Shown in pieces: positions 1 to 13,100 of a stretch of 64,000 bases of DNA. The notes under the pieces are model-generated. The model saw nothing but the letters and a program-made list of their open reading frames with translations. It did no database searches and was not told where the DNA came from. The translations under genes and the position numbers were made by a program. Source of the DNA: Azolla caroliniana. Its lineage: Eukaryota > Plantae > Polypodiophyta. The stretch's first letter is position 1. Each line of letters begins with the position of its first letter. Where the stretch lies: contig JBHGNT010000002.1 of the NCBI GenBank assembly GCA_043228905.1, positions 2,976,001 to 3,040,000 of the forward strand, read 5' to 3'.

Positions 1-1187
1 TGTTAAGGGAATTTCTACAGACGAGTGTATTTTTTATTTCCATATTCAATAGGATGATAAATTGCAGCCTTACACCCTCAGATAATTTGCTACAAAACCT
101 ACTTGCTATTCCAATTAGGGTGATTGCCAAAACTGGTAAGAAATGGCTCCTGGATCCACAACCGTTAATAGCCCATTTGTTGGATACGCTTTGGCTATAT
201 GCACGCCAGCTAATTAATAGGCTAATGTGGGACCCAGGGGGATGGTCTTGGACTAGTCCCATGATGGATCCAATGCAAAAAGTTCCGTTCTTTCAGTATA
301 CTGTGAAATTTGGTAGAACCTTACTCATGTGTAAGAATATTCCAACTCCTGTGGCTCAAAAGCACTGGAATAAGTGGGGTGTATCAAGCAGTCATTTGAA
401 GGCCTATTGGAAATGGATTTGTTCTCTTAGGGGACCAACAAAATAGACTCTCTTCAGATGGCTTTTGCTACATGCAACACTACCAGTAGGTTAATCTTTG
501 AAAGGAAACGTGGCACCTGTTCTTAGACAGTGTAGTTATTGTGGTGACTTGTAGGAAACTACCAAGCATGCTCTCTGATCCTGTTCACTAGCTCAACAGG
601 TATGGAATAAAGTTCTTTCTTTATTCCTGACAATTAATGTAGGTTGCCTATTCTCCTGGGGATCAGCGGTATGGGGGGGTCTCCATTCCAGTCTCTTATT
701 GTATGAGGCAGATGATGCTCTAGAGGCTAAGACTGTCATCAACATGCATCTAATATCTGTCTCGTCTTTTCAGCAGCCTCGAAAGCAAATGCATGCAGCC
801 CAAGTATGGAAAACAATATCCACGGTTACATTATGGACCTTATGGAAGTATCGATGTAAAAGACGATATGATTCTATAGTTCCCCCTCTCTAAGATATAT
901 TGCTAGAATTATGGGACAACTTACTGGCGGTAGTGCGTGGGTAGTATGACAATATGTCGGGCCCTTCGGAGGTTGTTCTTAAGAAAAAGAAAAAATTACT
1001 GCAGTTATGGAGGAAGTTGCCTCTATTCACGATCTCCTCTCAAGGACCAATTTGGAAATATCATCATCCATGGTCCTTCCCCTGATTATCCTTTTTGTAT
1101 ATAATACTCTCTAAATTGTATAGTTTGTAGCCTTATGGCATTTTTTCTTAATACTAATGAAGGAAATCTTTTTGGAAAAAAAAAAAA
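1..1187 (+). mobile_element. L1-type LINE, decayed 3' part (zf-RVT region, 3' UTR, poly-A tail)
   Basis: Broken frames with W-rich zf-RVT-like text (YWKWICSLRGP, then C-x-x-C...ETTKHAL at about 530-575, WTLWKYRC). A-run at 1176-1187 abuts copia sequence. Confidence 0.7.
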
Positions 1188-3277
1188 CATAATGCAATGT
1201 CTAGAGGGGTCATATCTATTCACTTACCTCCAAGGGCATATAGATCTTCTCACCCAATTATCCACTTTATCCAAGAATGGATCTACATCAGGAGTTACAA
1301 CATGAATAGGTGCCTACATATGCCCATCAGGAGCGTCATTTTGTTGTCCAATATCATCTACCTCAATAACACTAGTTCATTAATATTTCTAGCTAAAAGT
1401 AGTGCATCCAGAGGGTTCATATTAGATTTAACTTGTGGTTCTAAATGCTAAAATTTGACTCTTTTATGGTTATAATTATAGGCAGAATAATTTTTTGGTA
1501 GCCTTGTCATATTAAGTACAACATCTTGGCTGCATATTACCTTCTTGAGTTGAGGTAACGAAATCCTATAGGCCATTTCACCTTCATCTCCATAACCCAT
1601 AAAGATTCCTTTCTTGGACTTTGCATCCAACTTGCTTCTTAACTTAGGCCTTATAAGCACAAAAGCATCATAGCCAATATGTGTAGTTGGTCATACAAAG
1701 GTGGTTTGTCATACCAAACCTATCAGCAATGCCACCTTTTAAGGGCATATTAGGGGGAGATTAGTTGTGGATAACATGAATCTCACCCTCTCACATAAAG
1801 TCTTGTTATACCTTTCAACCACACCATTGGAAGAGGGGTTGTATGGGACTGGTACCACGATTTTCACAAAATCTATTAAATTCAGCACTTGTAAACTCAC
1901 CCCCATTGTCTATGCATAAGCGTTTAAGATTTCTACATGTTTTGGTTGTAACAAATGCATGAAATTTCTTAAATACAACAAACGCTTTATGATTTTAACA
2001 AATATACCCAAAGCTTCCTAGCGTAATCATGAACAAAAGAAATAAAATAAAGAGCAGCCCCCATAGATTTGATGTGCATACCGGAAACATTAAAAATTAG
2101 AATGAACTTGACCAAGTAGATTAGGCTTATGAGAGACACCAAAGTAGTAGGAATTATTTACTTGCTTACCGTATTGGCATTCATTACAAAAATTAAGTTT
2201 TGAGCCTTTACCATCAAACTTGTTCAAACTACATGGTTTATCAAGGCCTTTTTGGCTCATGTGGTCAAACCTTTTATGGCATAATTCCATACATGAATAG
2301 ATTTCAACCAAAGCAATAAACTTGCCCATCAAAGCTTTACCATGCAAGCAATACAGAGTCCCTTTATTTGTACCATTAACAATTAGCCTTAAGCCTTTGA
2401 TAAGCTTCCATGATCCTTTCTCAAAGAGGGCAAGTACTATATCTTTGTATATCCATTTGTCCAACAAACAATAAACTTTTATTGTTGCTTGGTACATGAT
2501 ACCTTACATCATGCAAAACTAGCTCATTAGTATCATCCACTGAAAGATGCATTGTGCCAATACCTTTAATAGAATAAGCATGATTATTTCCAAGATATAT
2601 ATGTCCATGATTGCCCATGGTTGCTTGCATGAAAGGTAGCAAAACACTCCTTAATAGAAGTAACATCCACATTTGTGACAAAGCATTATTTAGAGTAATC
2701 AAGGAATCAAATAGATTGCTCTTTGTAATCTGTATATCTTGTGCATGAATATAAACATGATTTGTAATCATGTTGAAGCATCATTAACTTCAACATGATT
2801 TGTTGCCATAGTAGCACAAATAATATTGTCTGCATTTGATGACTCCTCAGTGATGACACTACAAGAGACATTGACCGTCTCTTTGTCCTTGTCCTTAAAA
2901 CTATTATGTGCTCCTTCTCACTGTCCATTTTCTTCTTGTTACTTTTGTTTTTCTTTCTTTCTAATTCAGTTTTGTAGTACCTACAATCATCATTCTTATG
3001 AACTTTTCTACCACATTGATAACAAGGCACTTCAACCATGCGCTTTGCTTTTGCTCCTGTTATATGTACATTTCCACTTTTATTTTTTGTTCTTCCTCCA
3101 GCCACATTCGTTGAACCACTTCTCTCTCCACTAGCTTTCCTTCTAGTTTTCTCATTCAAAATTGAACCCCTTATGCCATCAAACGTAAGATTCGGGTTAT
3201 TCAAGAGTGAAACAATCAATGTTTCTCACGAATCAGGTAACTCGGTCATCAATAAGAAGATGGACTTATTGTACTAT

Positions 3278-4113
3278 GATTTTTCATGATCGCTCCAACA
3301 TGCATGCTATCATCAAAAGTTGCATCATGTATTAAAACTGTAGGTCCAATCTTCTAGAATGTATCTAGTCATTCTCACACATTTCAGTCAATGTAACCCA
3401 AAAATTCCTATTTTCAGTGACAACTATACAAGCCATGCTTGCATTGCATTCGATATGATGAGTGTAAACTTGGTGGATTTGCCGTTAGTACCAAGGTTAA
3501 TACACTTTTCAAAGATGAAATGTTACTGGATGATGATATAGAAATGGTAGCTTGAAATAAAAGCAACCTGGGGTTGAAGAGAATAGAAGGATATTAAAAA
3601 TGTTCCAAGAAAAGGCGTTCATATGACCAGATTGAATGACTCCTTTAGAAGAAGACTTGCAAATTCTTTTATAATGAAGGAAAGTTGAAGGTCTCCATTT
3701 ATCGCACATGATTCGAGGAGATGTGGTACAATGGCTTGCCATGTTATTGGGATATATTGAGTAGGATAAGAACGGGGATGCTATACAACTCTATCCTTGA
3801 ATGCTTGTGCAAGGTCTCTAATTATTATGATGGCATTTTCTGGTAAGTTGAAAGCATCTGGCAACATAGGAGAATAGGTAGTCATATTGAAATCAAATTA
3901 GATGTTGACTTGGATCTTAGTTTAATGAAGGATCCATGGCTAGCCATTGGGATGGTCCTTTTTTCTCTTCTTTTCCATCTATTTTGTAGTTTGTACCTGA
4001 TAAGTTTTTTGAAAACTAATGGAAGGATATTTTGTCTTGGAAAAAAGAAGAAGAAGATGAACTTAAGCTTATCATCAAAAGGAGGTAATCTAGAGTCCTA
4101 AAATTGTGAGAGA
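3278..4113. mobile_element. 836-bp insertion inside copia gag, possibly an internally deleted LINE
   Basis: GTACTAT duplicated at 3271-3277 and 4114-4120. Gag-like sequence lies on both sides. Confidence 0.5.
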
Positions 4114-4612
4114 GTACTATAAAGGTAGATAAGTGCTCAACTGCACTTTTTGATTCATAAAGTTGCATATGCACAACCTTACGGATGACATGCACTTGAT
4201 TAACAAGTGTAGCTTTCTACTTCTCCCATACCTCAAAAGCAATTGTGAGGCCCTTGAGATCCACTAAGATCTCATCTGATACAACGATCTTGATGTAAGT
4301 GATGACCTTCTTATTTAGTTTCATACATGTTATATCTGTCATATCTTTCATGCTTGACTTCAAGAACTGCCCCCTCACAATCTTTAAGAAAGAGAATGTT
4401 TAAATTCTCTCGTTCCATAGATACAAACCACTACTTGAATAAAATCTCTTGATCTCAAACAAGATTTTGAGATCAGCGGAGGTAGTAGACATGTTTGCAC
4501 TCAATGGTTTAAAAAAATCACCAAAAAAAGTATAATTACTTGTTGTCCTATGCACAATCACTTGACTAGACTAAAATTCTTCGCAATGAAACTCTCTAGT
4601 TCTAATACTAGT

Positions 4613-4981
4613 TGAATGAGAGATGTGATAGCGTGGTCAATTGCTCTAAAACACCAAGGGAGTGGGTTGTTGTGTAGGAGACAAAAAGTAGAGAAAATTG
4701 TGGAGAAAAATGGAGAGGAATTCCTAGCCGCCAAAAGTCCTTATCACGTTATGAGAGATTTGGGACCAATTCTTATTGATAAGTAACTTTTAGGTCATTT
4801 GGGCATGTTCACACACAACCAATGACCAAAAGTTATAAAGATAATGTGAAGGCCCACAACCCCTCGAATTGGGGCACAAAATATGGTAAAGATATGTCTA
4901 GAACACTCTCAAAGGGACCTTTCACATGGAAGGGTCAAGGTATACAAAAAAGGAGAGTCATTGGGGCCTTTACCCCTAACA
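4613..4981 (-). repeat. 5' LTR of the first copia element
   Basis: TG...CA termini (TGTTAGGGG on minus at 4981, ends CA at 4613), 2 nt from PBS-like TAGTATTAGAAC. Confidence 0.7.
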
Positions 4982-5083
4982 TGTAACATAGAATGTGGTT
5001 AACTCAAAAGTAATGAAAGAAATTGTTTTTTGCGAGATGAGGAGGTAGGGCGAGCAAACTGATGCATGATCTATCATGAAGAG

Positions 5084-6200
5084 TTTTTTTTTCCAACAAT
5101 GGTTTATATTATGTTTAAAGCGATTTACATGAAATTTCAGCATAGATTTTTATCTTTTCAACCACTCTTGGACTGCTATAGACATACATATGTCCCAAAG
5201 CATTAGTAATAACAGTTATACATGGCCACATGCCTCATGTTGGTGGAGGAAATATCTAGAGCGATGGTTGATACCTCCAACGTATACAACCATTAACCAT
5301 GCAGAATACCTTCATCCTTTCCCATCTCTTCTTAAAAACCTCTTGCTTTCGAAAGACTACATCTGAATCACCTTTGATAGCATCATATTCTCCTTTTAGT
5401 GTATGCACCAAGGTCACCTAAATCTCCTTGACTACATACAAAATATTCCATTGAATTTGCTGAAATATCCTTTGACATCTACTAGTTCACAAAACCCATA
5501 AGGCTATTGAACTAATTGTTTCCCAAACCACTCTATTCTGGATTGAATTAATAGGCATACATGGCAACACTTCCTCAACATATCGACCTCTTGTATATAA
5601 TGCAAAGTTAACCTTTTCCTTTTCATAATCTTGTACCTCACCCTTAATAGCAACCCACGTCACTACCCCCCATTTATATACTCTAGAGCCATACAGGTCA
5701 TGCAAGAGACATACAAATATTTTCCAAACCAATTTGGCAACCATACATGACTAGAATAGATGACGAAGAGACTCCACTTCTAATCCACAAAAATCATGTC
5801 ATATTTTATCCATATTTTTACAATACATCCAAACCCTAAAAGCAACCACATAATGAACAATCAACCATCTAAATAGATTCATAATCTTCTTTGGAATTTG
5901 CATAGACCATAGCCATTTCCAAAATATTGTCATGTGAGTAGGATCAACATTATAAGTCAACCATGTTGTAGTTGTTGTTGGCCAATGGGGTAGCCTACGT
6001 TGTATCATCTCCCTTCCCAATCAAATAGAATATTGAAAAAGCGGAATCGGCCTAACATCCTCCCCACAATATTCCCATGGGTGTCATTCCAATTCACTAA
6101 AATACCATGTTGTCATGTGAGTAGGATCTACCATGAAGAGTTTCTCGGTGCATTCACTAAAATGCGAAACTATAGATTAACATGTAATTTGGTATGCAAG
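5084..6200 (-). mobile_element. LINE 3' fragment (zf-RVT)
   Basis: FWKWLWSMQIPKKIMNLFRWLIVH (5799-6020) and WETISSIALW. T-run at 5084-5092 is the poly-A on minus. Confidence 0.7.
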
Positions 6201-7082
6201 AAATGAGTCAACCACCAATTGATATGACATAAAGTGCATGATTTTTGTCGTTAATCATGGACTCAAAAGTGTGAAATAAGGTTGCACAATCCACAAGGAT
6301 GAGCACATCTCAGATGTTTGGGATTTTAAATCCCAACTTTGTCAGTGAATGATTATCAAAGACTTACATCACCACCTTGCTTGAGTTGGGTGATTAACCA
6401 CGAAAGAAATGATCGATGAGCTTAGAGTGAATTCCCTATGGCCTCATCTAGGAAAGGATAGAGTGTATCTCCCTAAAGGTAGAGCTCTAGTAATGTTGGC
6501 AACTTATCCATGGCTTATATTGTTTTGCGAGTGAGATAGATAGTTAGGGAAATCGATACATAGCTAGGAAAGGTGAGAAAAACTAGAATGACTTTCCAAA
6601 TTTTGTTGCTATTGACTCAAAGGACAAGTGGTGACAACTAAACTATAGAGTCATGCCATAAATCTCTATCCTTCATTGTTAGGTAAGTCAAACTAATGAG
6701 TCCTAGTTGATGTAACAATAGTGACTAATTATCAAGATGGTGAGAGGTTGTGGTATCCTCATATCTTAGGTCGTTAATGCCACATGAGACCATCTTGCTG
6801 ATCATGAAGATTGAAGAAAACCCATAAATAGTGGGGCTAGTAGCCTCTTGCTGACATTTGTGGTACAATGGTGACTATAAGTCACTCATGACACCATGGC
6901 GACTCTACATCACCATTACTTTATGATGGCTTTTAGGGCTCCATGATGTATCATGGGGATTCGAGGTCACCATGACTTATCACCTTGACTATAGGTCACC
7001 TTGGGATATCTTGATGACTATATATTAACCTATCACACATAACCATAGGTTAGATAACAAACAAAAACAATGTTTTGCACAT

Positions 7083-7684
7083 TGTCGTGAAGCAATTGCT
7101 TCACAATATAAAAACAAACTCAAATATTATATCAAGTGACATTTGTAAGCCTTGAACCATAATTTTGTATATCAAGTACAAAATACAAACCATTAGGATA
7201 ATCTATTTTGTATAATTATATTCTTATCATCACACTTATTTTCTACTTCTATTTTCATACATGGGAACTTGAGTGAGTAGGATGGCTATCATGCATCACA
7301 TGTAATACATGTGTGCCAAATGGTGATCATGCGTTGCAGTCACCCTCACATACGTCAATGCATGTGAGGTATGCATATAGGCATCGATTAATGAATTCAA
7401 ACAATCAATTAATCAATCAATCAAGTTAGCTCATCTGCGCAGTGTCACGTCTTTCAAAATTGGAGTTCAAGGGTTTGAGTCCTAGTTTGGTAGAGATAAA
7501 GTATTATCTTTGTGATTGAGCATTTTAACTTTAGTAAAACTATTGTATTCTCAATATAATAAAGCTTGTTTTTATCATACACTCTTGCTTCTTGAATCAT
7601 ACACTATCTCTATCGTTTGTCTGTGCTCGTCTCTCTCGTTTTTCATTATGAACTCTCTTCGTACAAACCCCCAATGGTTTGACA
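7083..7684 (+). repeat. Putative solo LTR containing a tRNA-like segment
   Basis: TGTC...GACA termini. CACAT at 7078-7082 recurs at 7683-7687, overlapping the end by 2 nt (imperfect TSD). AATAAA at about 7558 followed by a CT-rich tract. Confidence 0.4.
7421..7490 (+). other. Degenerate tRNA-like sequence (pol III A/B-box-like)
   Basis: TAGCTCA...GGTTTGAGTCC with tRNA-like spacing. Acceptor-like CAAGTT/AGTTTG and T-stem AGG/CCT; anticodon stem does not pair. Confidence 0.4.
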
Positions 7685-8348
7685 CATCGAGCATGATATG
7701 TATGACAATGTAGTGCAATGTAATGCTCTTACTTTGGCATGAAGGATACTACCACAATAAAAAAGCCTGATAAACCACACACATGAAGAATGAAGGAAAT
7801 AATTGGTGAGAAGGAAAGAAGAAAAAGGATATAGGAGGAAATAATAAAGGAAAATGTAGGAAATGAGTGAAAGACAAAAATAGAATTGGGAGGAGCAAAA
7901 GACTAAACATAAGGTGGGGAATAAGGAAAGCTATGAGGAGAAAAACATGGAAGTTATTTGGAGTAGAGAGAAAAAGGGATTGGAGGTGTTGAGAATCAAG
8001 CTCAACTTAGTCTAGTGTGTGAACACACCCTTTGAGAATCTATGATCACTCAAAGGTCAAGAGTCACACCACTACTCTCTATACATTAACTATGTGTCAT
8101 AGAATCATATTCTATGACACATAACTAATGAGTTCCCTATTCCCCATGACTAATAAGTCTTCATCTAGAGAGAAAGTGGGTGTTGAAGTGAGTTAATGAA
8201 GAGAGAGGGTGGCCTTATATAAATCACCCTCGTCCTACTTCATAAGGTGTCGGTTGTCCTCCATTGTAATGCTACATTTTGTAATTGATATTCTCCTTGT
8301 TAATATACAATCTTCTTCTTGAGTACTTCATATTTCTCTCCTCTCCTC

Positions 8349-8351
<3 letters not shown>

Positions 8352-8390
<39 letters not shown>
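8352..8390. repeat. (CA)n microsatellite
   Basis: Direct reading. Confidence 0.95.
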
Positions 8391-8397
<7 letters not shown>

Positions 8398-9419
8398 ATC
8401 TCTTCCGCTGCACAAGAATCATCGATTCTTTACAGGAGGTAAAAGCATAAGTTAAACATAAGTAAATTAGACGAAAAGGTATGTTAACAAAAGACAGAAT
8501 GCAAACAAACATAATGAAAAGATCTAGTAGAAAACAAGACATTCAACCTTATGGGTGTTTGTAAAAGGTTAAATGATGACAAGGAAGATTACTACATGCG
8601 TGTTAGATCGTCTGATATTTCACATTACCCTATATGGAGGCTATGCCATATGTACAAACTTTGTGCTAACGATTTAAAAAGAAAAGTTAGTAATTGCATG
8701 TTTGGTTCTCAAATGTATACCTCAAGATCCCCATTCTTGGAGGGATCTCTTTAGAGGAAGGTAAATTTGGGAGCATAAGCTTTGGGGAAGCCTTGTATAG
8801 GTTTCTCATTTTGGAGGACATGTGTGGGGCTCCATAAGAAGTGTTCATGTGCCACTACCAAGTGAATGGTGTGGTGGGTGTATGTGTAAAAGGTGTCATG
8901 AGTGTTTGTTGGTGGAGGATGTGGTTGAATATTGATGGGAGGGATGTGAGTGGATTTGTGTTGCCATGTATGATACATAAAGAACCCAAAACTTTGTGCT
9001 AGCTTAAAATCACTCTTTAGCTTTTGTAGATTAGCAAGAGACTTGGGCCACGAAGAAAGGCTTTGTCCCATCTCATTGGTGTGTGTAGCCCTTGATGTAA
9101 GTTGTTTTGATGGGTGTTGTGGGTTTAGCTCCAACGAGTTTTGACTTTGGGTGAATTTGATCGCATTTTGGAAGCTAGAGTTGGGTGTTACCTTTGTGTC
9201 ATCCTTGGGTTGTGCAATATAAATATGTTTTTCACTTGCCACATTGTTGAGGTTCCTTTGTGTGTACCTTCAACAATGATGCCACGAAGATTCACCCATG
9301 TTGGACATGGGTTCTTTTTAGCAAAAATGTTGGGAGCTTGGGGCTATGATGACATGCAAAACAATAGACTAGGGATTATTAGAGTGTCTAAGACAACAAC
9401 GACATAAGAGATTTCATGA

Positions 9420-10140
9420 TGTCTAGTTGGAGACATGGCATCTTCATTGTGTAGTTCCAAGTGCAAGGACTTCCAAAGCTTGGGGTGTGTACTTGAATTT
9501 GGGATGTATGAACAAGGTATTGCATTTTCGATGGTTGATGATTCATTATGCATTGTCAAAGAGATACGTTCCATGCTATCGTATAGGATTGTTCTCTCTG
9601 TTAATAGTATGCCAAGAACCAGACTTGACAGTATGAGCTTATTGCAGGGAACGGTGCATGATCAATCATGTGTTATGTGTGGGTTTGCATTTGAGACATT
9701 GCATCATGTTTTTTGGGAATGTGTTGCGGCCAAATGTTTATGGTTTCATATTCTTAGGCTTTTAGGTCGTAAGTATAGGTCGACTATCTTCATGTGGGGT
9801 ACAATCTTTTAGGGAACGTTGGATCAACAAACAGTTTTTTATCATCATCATAATTCATCATTGACTTTATATGTGAAAAGGTTTTAAGTGTATGCTATGT
9901 CAAGTTCCCTGCAGGGAATCAAATTCTTCTCCTAGTGTTATGTTTGGAAGATTAACTCCACTTTAACCTTATGGATTATTTGGAAAGCGAGGTGTTCCAA
10001 AATATATAATGCTGAATAAACTAATGTTGTGGATCAGGTTAAGTCTTTCTGGGAATGATTGGTAAATACACTTAAAGGTGAATATGATAGTTACAAGGGT
10101 TATGGAACTACAACAAACCGGAAAAGGAGTCTAGTAAGCT
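9420..10140 (+). mobile_element. LINE 3' fragment (zf-RVT)
   Basis: CVMCGFAFETLHHVFWEC in ORF 9435-9812; LWIIWKARC downstream. Confidence 0.7.
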
Positions 10141-10145
10141 ATTTC

Positions 10146-13100
10146 TATCAAAGCTTCCATTACAGCTTAGAACGTGTCCATTCTTTGTTTATTCTCTTGC
10201 CTTCATTCTATGTTGTTTGTTGAACACTATGACAAATCCTCATACGTACGTTTCCGCACATATTTGATCCACAACTGGTATCAAAGCAATCCATGGCTCG
10301 GCGGCAACAAACAACAGAAAAAGCTGAAAGGAAAAAGACCAGATCAATAAAATCTCACTTTCAAAGAAGAACATGGCTTCAACATCCGGAACAAGAGTCG
10401 AAATCAGAAAATTCGATGGCAAAAACTTTGCCCTATGGAAGGAGATGATGCAGGACGTGTTGATCATTAGAAGACAAATCGAAGCCATTCGACACAGTGA
10501 AAATCCTGCCTCGATGACAACCGAAGAGTGGAGATCTAAAGACGAAATCGCACGCTCCACATCCAAATGCATCTGGCCGAAAACGTCTACTTCAACATGG
10601 CAAAAGAGACAACAACATTCTCATTGTGGGAGAAGCTACAAGCCGTGTATTAGAAAAAGTCCTCATCGTCAAAACTGATTTTGATCAAACAATTGTTCAA
10701 AATGAAGATGAGAGATACCGATCCGGCTACCTCCCACATCAACACCTTCCGTTGGGTGTTGTCAGAACTCTCCTCACAAGGGATCAACTTCCAAGAAGAA
10801 GTCAAAGCTCTTGCCACCCTATCGATCTTGCCGACGAGTTGGGAGGTATTTTGCACGACGTACGCCAATAGCCAGACCAATCCTTAATCTGGATGAGACG
10901 ATCAACCAAGTCCTCACTGAGGACATTCACCGAAAATCGATAGGACTCACCATCGTCGAATCGGCGGAAGCCCACCACTTGACCAAGTCGGTCGACCGAT
11001 TGAGTAGATCAAGAGAACAAGCCGATAGAGTCGGTCGACACCATAGTTGATCTAAAACGAGGGGAGACCGACAACGGTCGAAGTTGAGAACGGGCCGATC
11101 CGGCGAATTCTGCACACATTGCAGAAAAGCTGGCCACAATGTTTTTGACTGCTGGTCGATCAAGAGGAAAGAGAGTGGTCGGCGATCCGAGTGGAATTGA
11201 GAACGACCCGACTCAAACCACTCTCTAGTCGGTACCAAATCAATGTTGCCAACACCCGATCAGGAGAAATTCTCTCCTTAGAGGATTCAATGATCAGAGA
11301 AGTCCTCTATAGTGCACAAGATGCACACACGTGGCTATTGGACTCCGGTGCAACATTCCATGTGACCCCAAAAAATGAATGGTTTTTAGGGTTTAGGGTT
11401 GGCGCCAGTGGCATTGTCCAACTAGGCAATGGGCAGGAGTGCAAAATAGCAGGAGTTGGACCAATTCAATTGTCAAATGGTAACACAATGATCCTGGACC
11501 AAGTCCGGCATGTACCCAATCTAAAAAGGAGTTTGGTTTCCATCGGCATGCTAGCCGAAGACGGGTATTGAACGACTCTAAGTGAGTCGATATGGATGAT
11601 TAGCCAGGGAAATCTCAGAATTGGGAGTGGACACAAGTACAACTACATGTACCCTTTGATGGCGATTAATCCAGAAAGGGCAGTAAACATAGCTAAAAAG
11701 ATCGACCCAAACCTATGGCATGGCCGACTCAGCCATATGTCTCAAGCCGGACTCGATCGACTGATAGCGGTAGGCTTACATCCCGAAACTTCAAGCAAAG
11801 ACGAACTTCTGCAAGCATTGTCGATTCGGGAAATAAACCCGAAGTCCGCACTCTCTCCACTACGAGACGGTACGACAACCCCTTGAGCTCGTGCACACAG
11901 ATATATGTGGACCCATGCTAGAGCGATCATTAGGAGGCTCCAGGTACTTCATCACATTTCTAGATGATTGTACACAGAAGTTTTGGGCCTACTCGATAAG
12001 ATCCAAAGACAAAGCGCTCGAGGTCTTCACTCTGTGGATATCTGAAGTGGAGAACTGGTCGGGACATAGAGTGAAGACACTCCGATCCGACAACGACAGA
12101 GAATATACCTCCAGAGCCTTCAAACTGTACCTGTCCGATAAAGGGATCTGGCATCAAAAGACCGTTCCTTATGCACCCATGAAAAATGGAGTGGCAGAAC
12201 GAATCAACCGAACAATCCAGGAGAGAGTGACAGCAAAGCTCCAACAAGTTGGACTGAAGATGGAGTTCTAGGCTGAAGCATTGTAGATGGCAATATATTT
12301 GATCAACTTATCGCCGTCGAAAGCAATGAGCCTTGAAGTGCCACAAGCACTATGGTTAGGCACACAACCGACCTATGATAGGCTCCATATATTCGGGTGC
12401 GAAGCCTATGCATTCATCGCCAGAGAGAAAAGGACTAAGTTGGCACCCCATGCAGCAAAATGCATATTGCTCGTTTATGGAACTGATGGGGAATTCCGCT
12501 ACAGGCTATGGGACCTAGCGAATCGGAAATTGATCCAGAGTGGTGATGTAGTCTTCAATGAAGACTCTATTCTCTCTACTAGGAACCAGCAGAAAATAGT
12601 TGGTAAGAAGGTCTCCTTCAAAGTCAATAACGACATCATAGAAAGACCAACCCACCGGACTGAATAAGAGATTCAACAAACAGTTGAACTCGACCAAGCC
12701 GACAAGTCGTCGACAACACACCTGCCAACTTTGAATTGATAGGAGGTCCACTAGTCGAACTAAAAGAAAAAGCCATCAAAGCCGAATTGACAAGAGTCAA
12801 AAAAGGCAAAGTCAACAAGGTGCACGCCAGAAATGATAGAGCCGATCTGCCTAACACACCCAAGGCTAAAGGAAAAAACAGACCCGAGTCGACGAAGTCT
12901 TCTACCTCCACATCAAATGATCCCGAAGAAGAGGACGATGCCATGACATTACCGAAATCCTACTACAGGGGTGAGTCATGTAATAGGACTCCTAAAGAAG
13001 GTTCAAGTAATAGCGATCGGCTGCTCGAGCCGATTGAAGAGTTCGAACCAACAAAATCGACACTCAGGAGATCCGGACGAGTCAGAAGGCCTATAGAGTT

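Larger units (their letters stand above)
1188..4981 (-). mobile_element. Degenerate Ty1/copia LTR retrotransposon (5' LTR, gag, protease, GAG-pre-integrase, integrase; RT end not in window)
   Basis: ORF fragments: CYQCGRKVH knuckle (2707-3219), HKRFDHMS...FCNECQYGKQ (2090-2497), SKLDAKSKKGIFMGY (1448-1660). Decayed tRNA-Met PBS at 4599-4610. Confidence 0.85.

Noticed and set aside
7421-7490. Functional tRNA gene
   Set aside because: Anticodon stem is unpaired, the T-loop is mutated (TTTGA), and there is no oligo-T terminator.
8018-9400. Two LTR-like segments (about 8018-8355 and 8714-9355)
   Set aside because: LTR-like composition but no matching TSD, PBS or partner LTR; boundaries cannot be supported.
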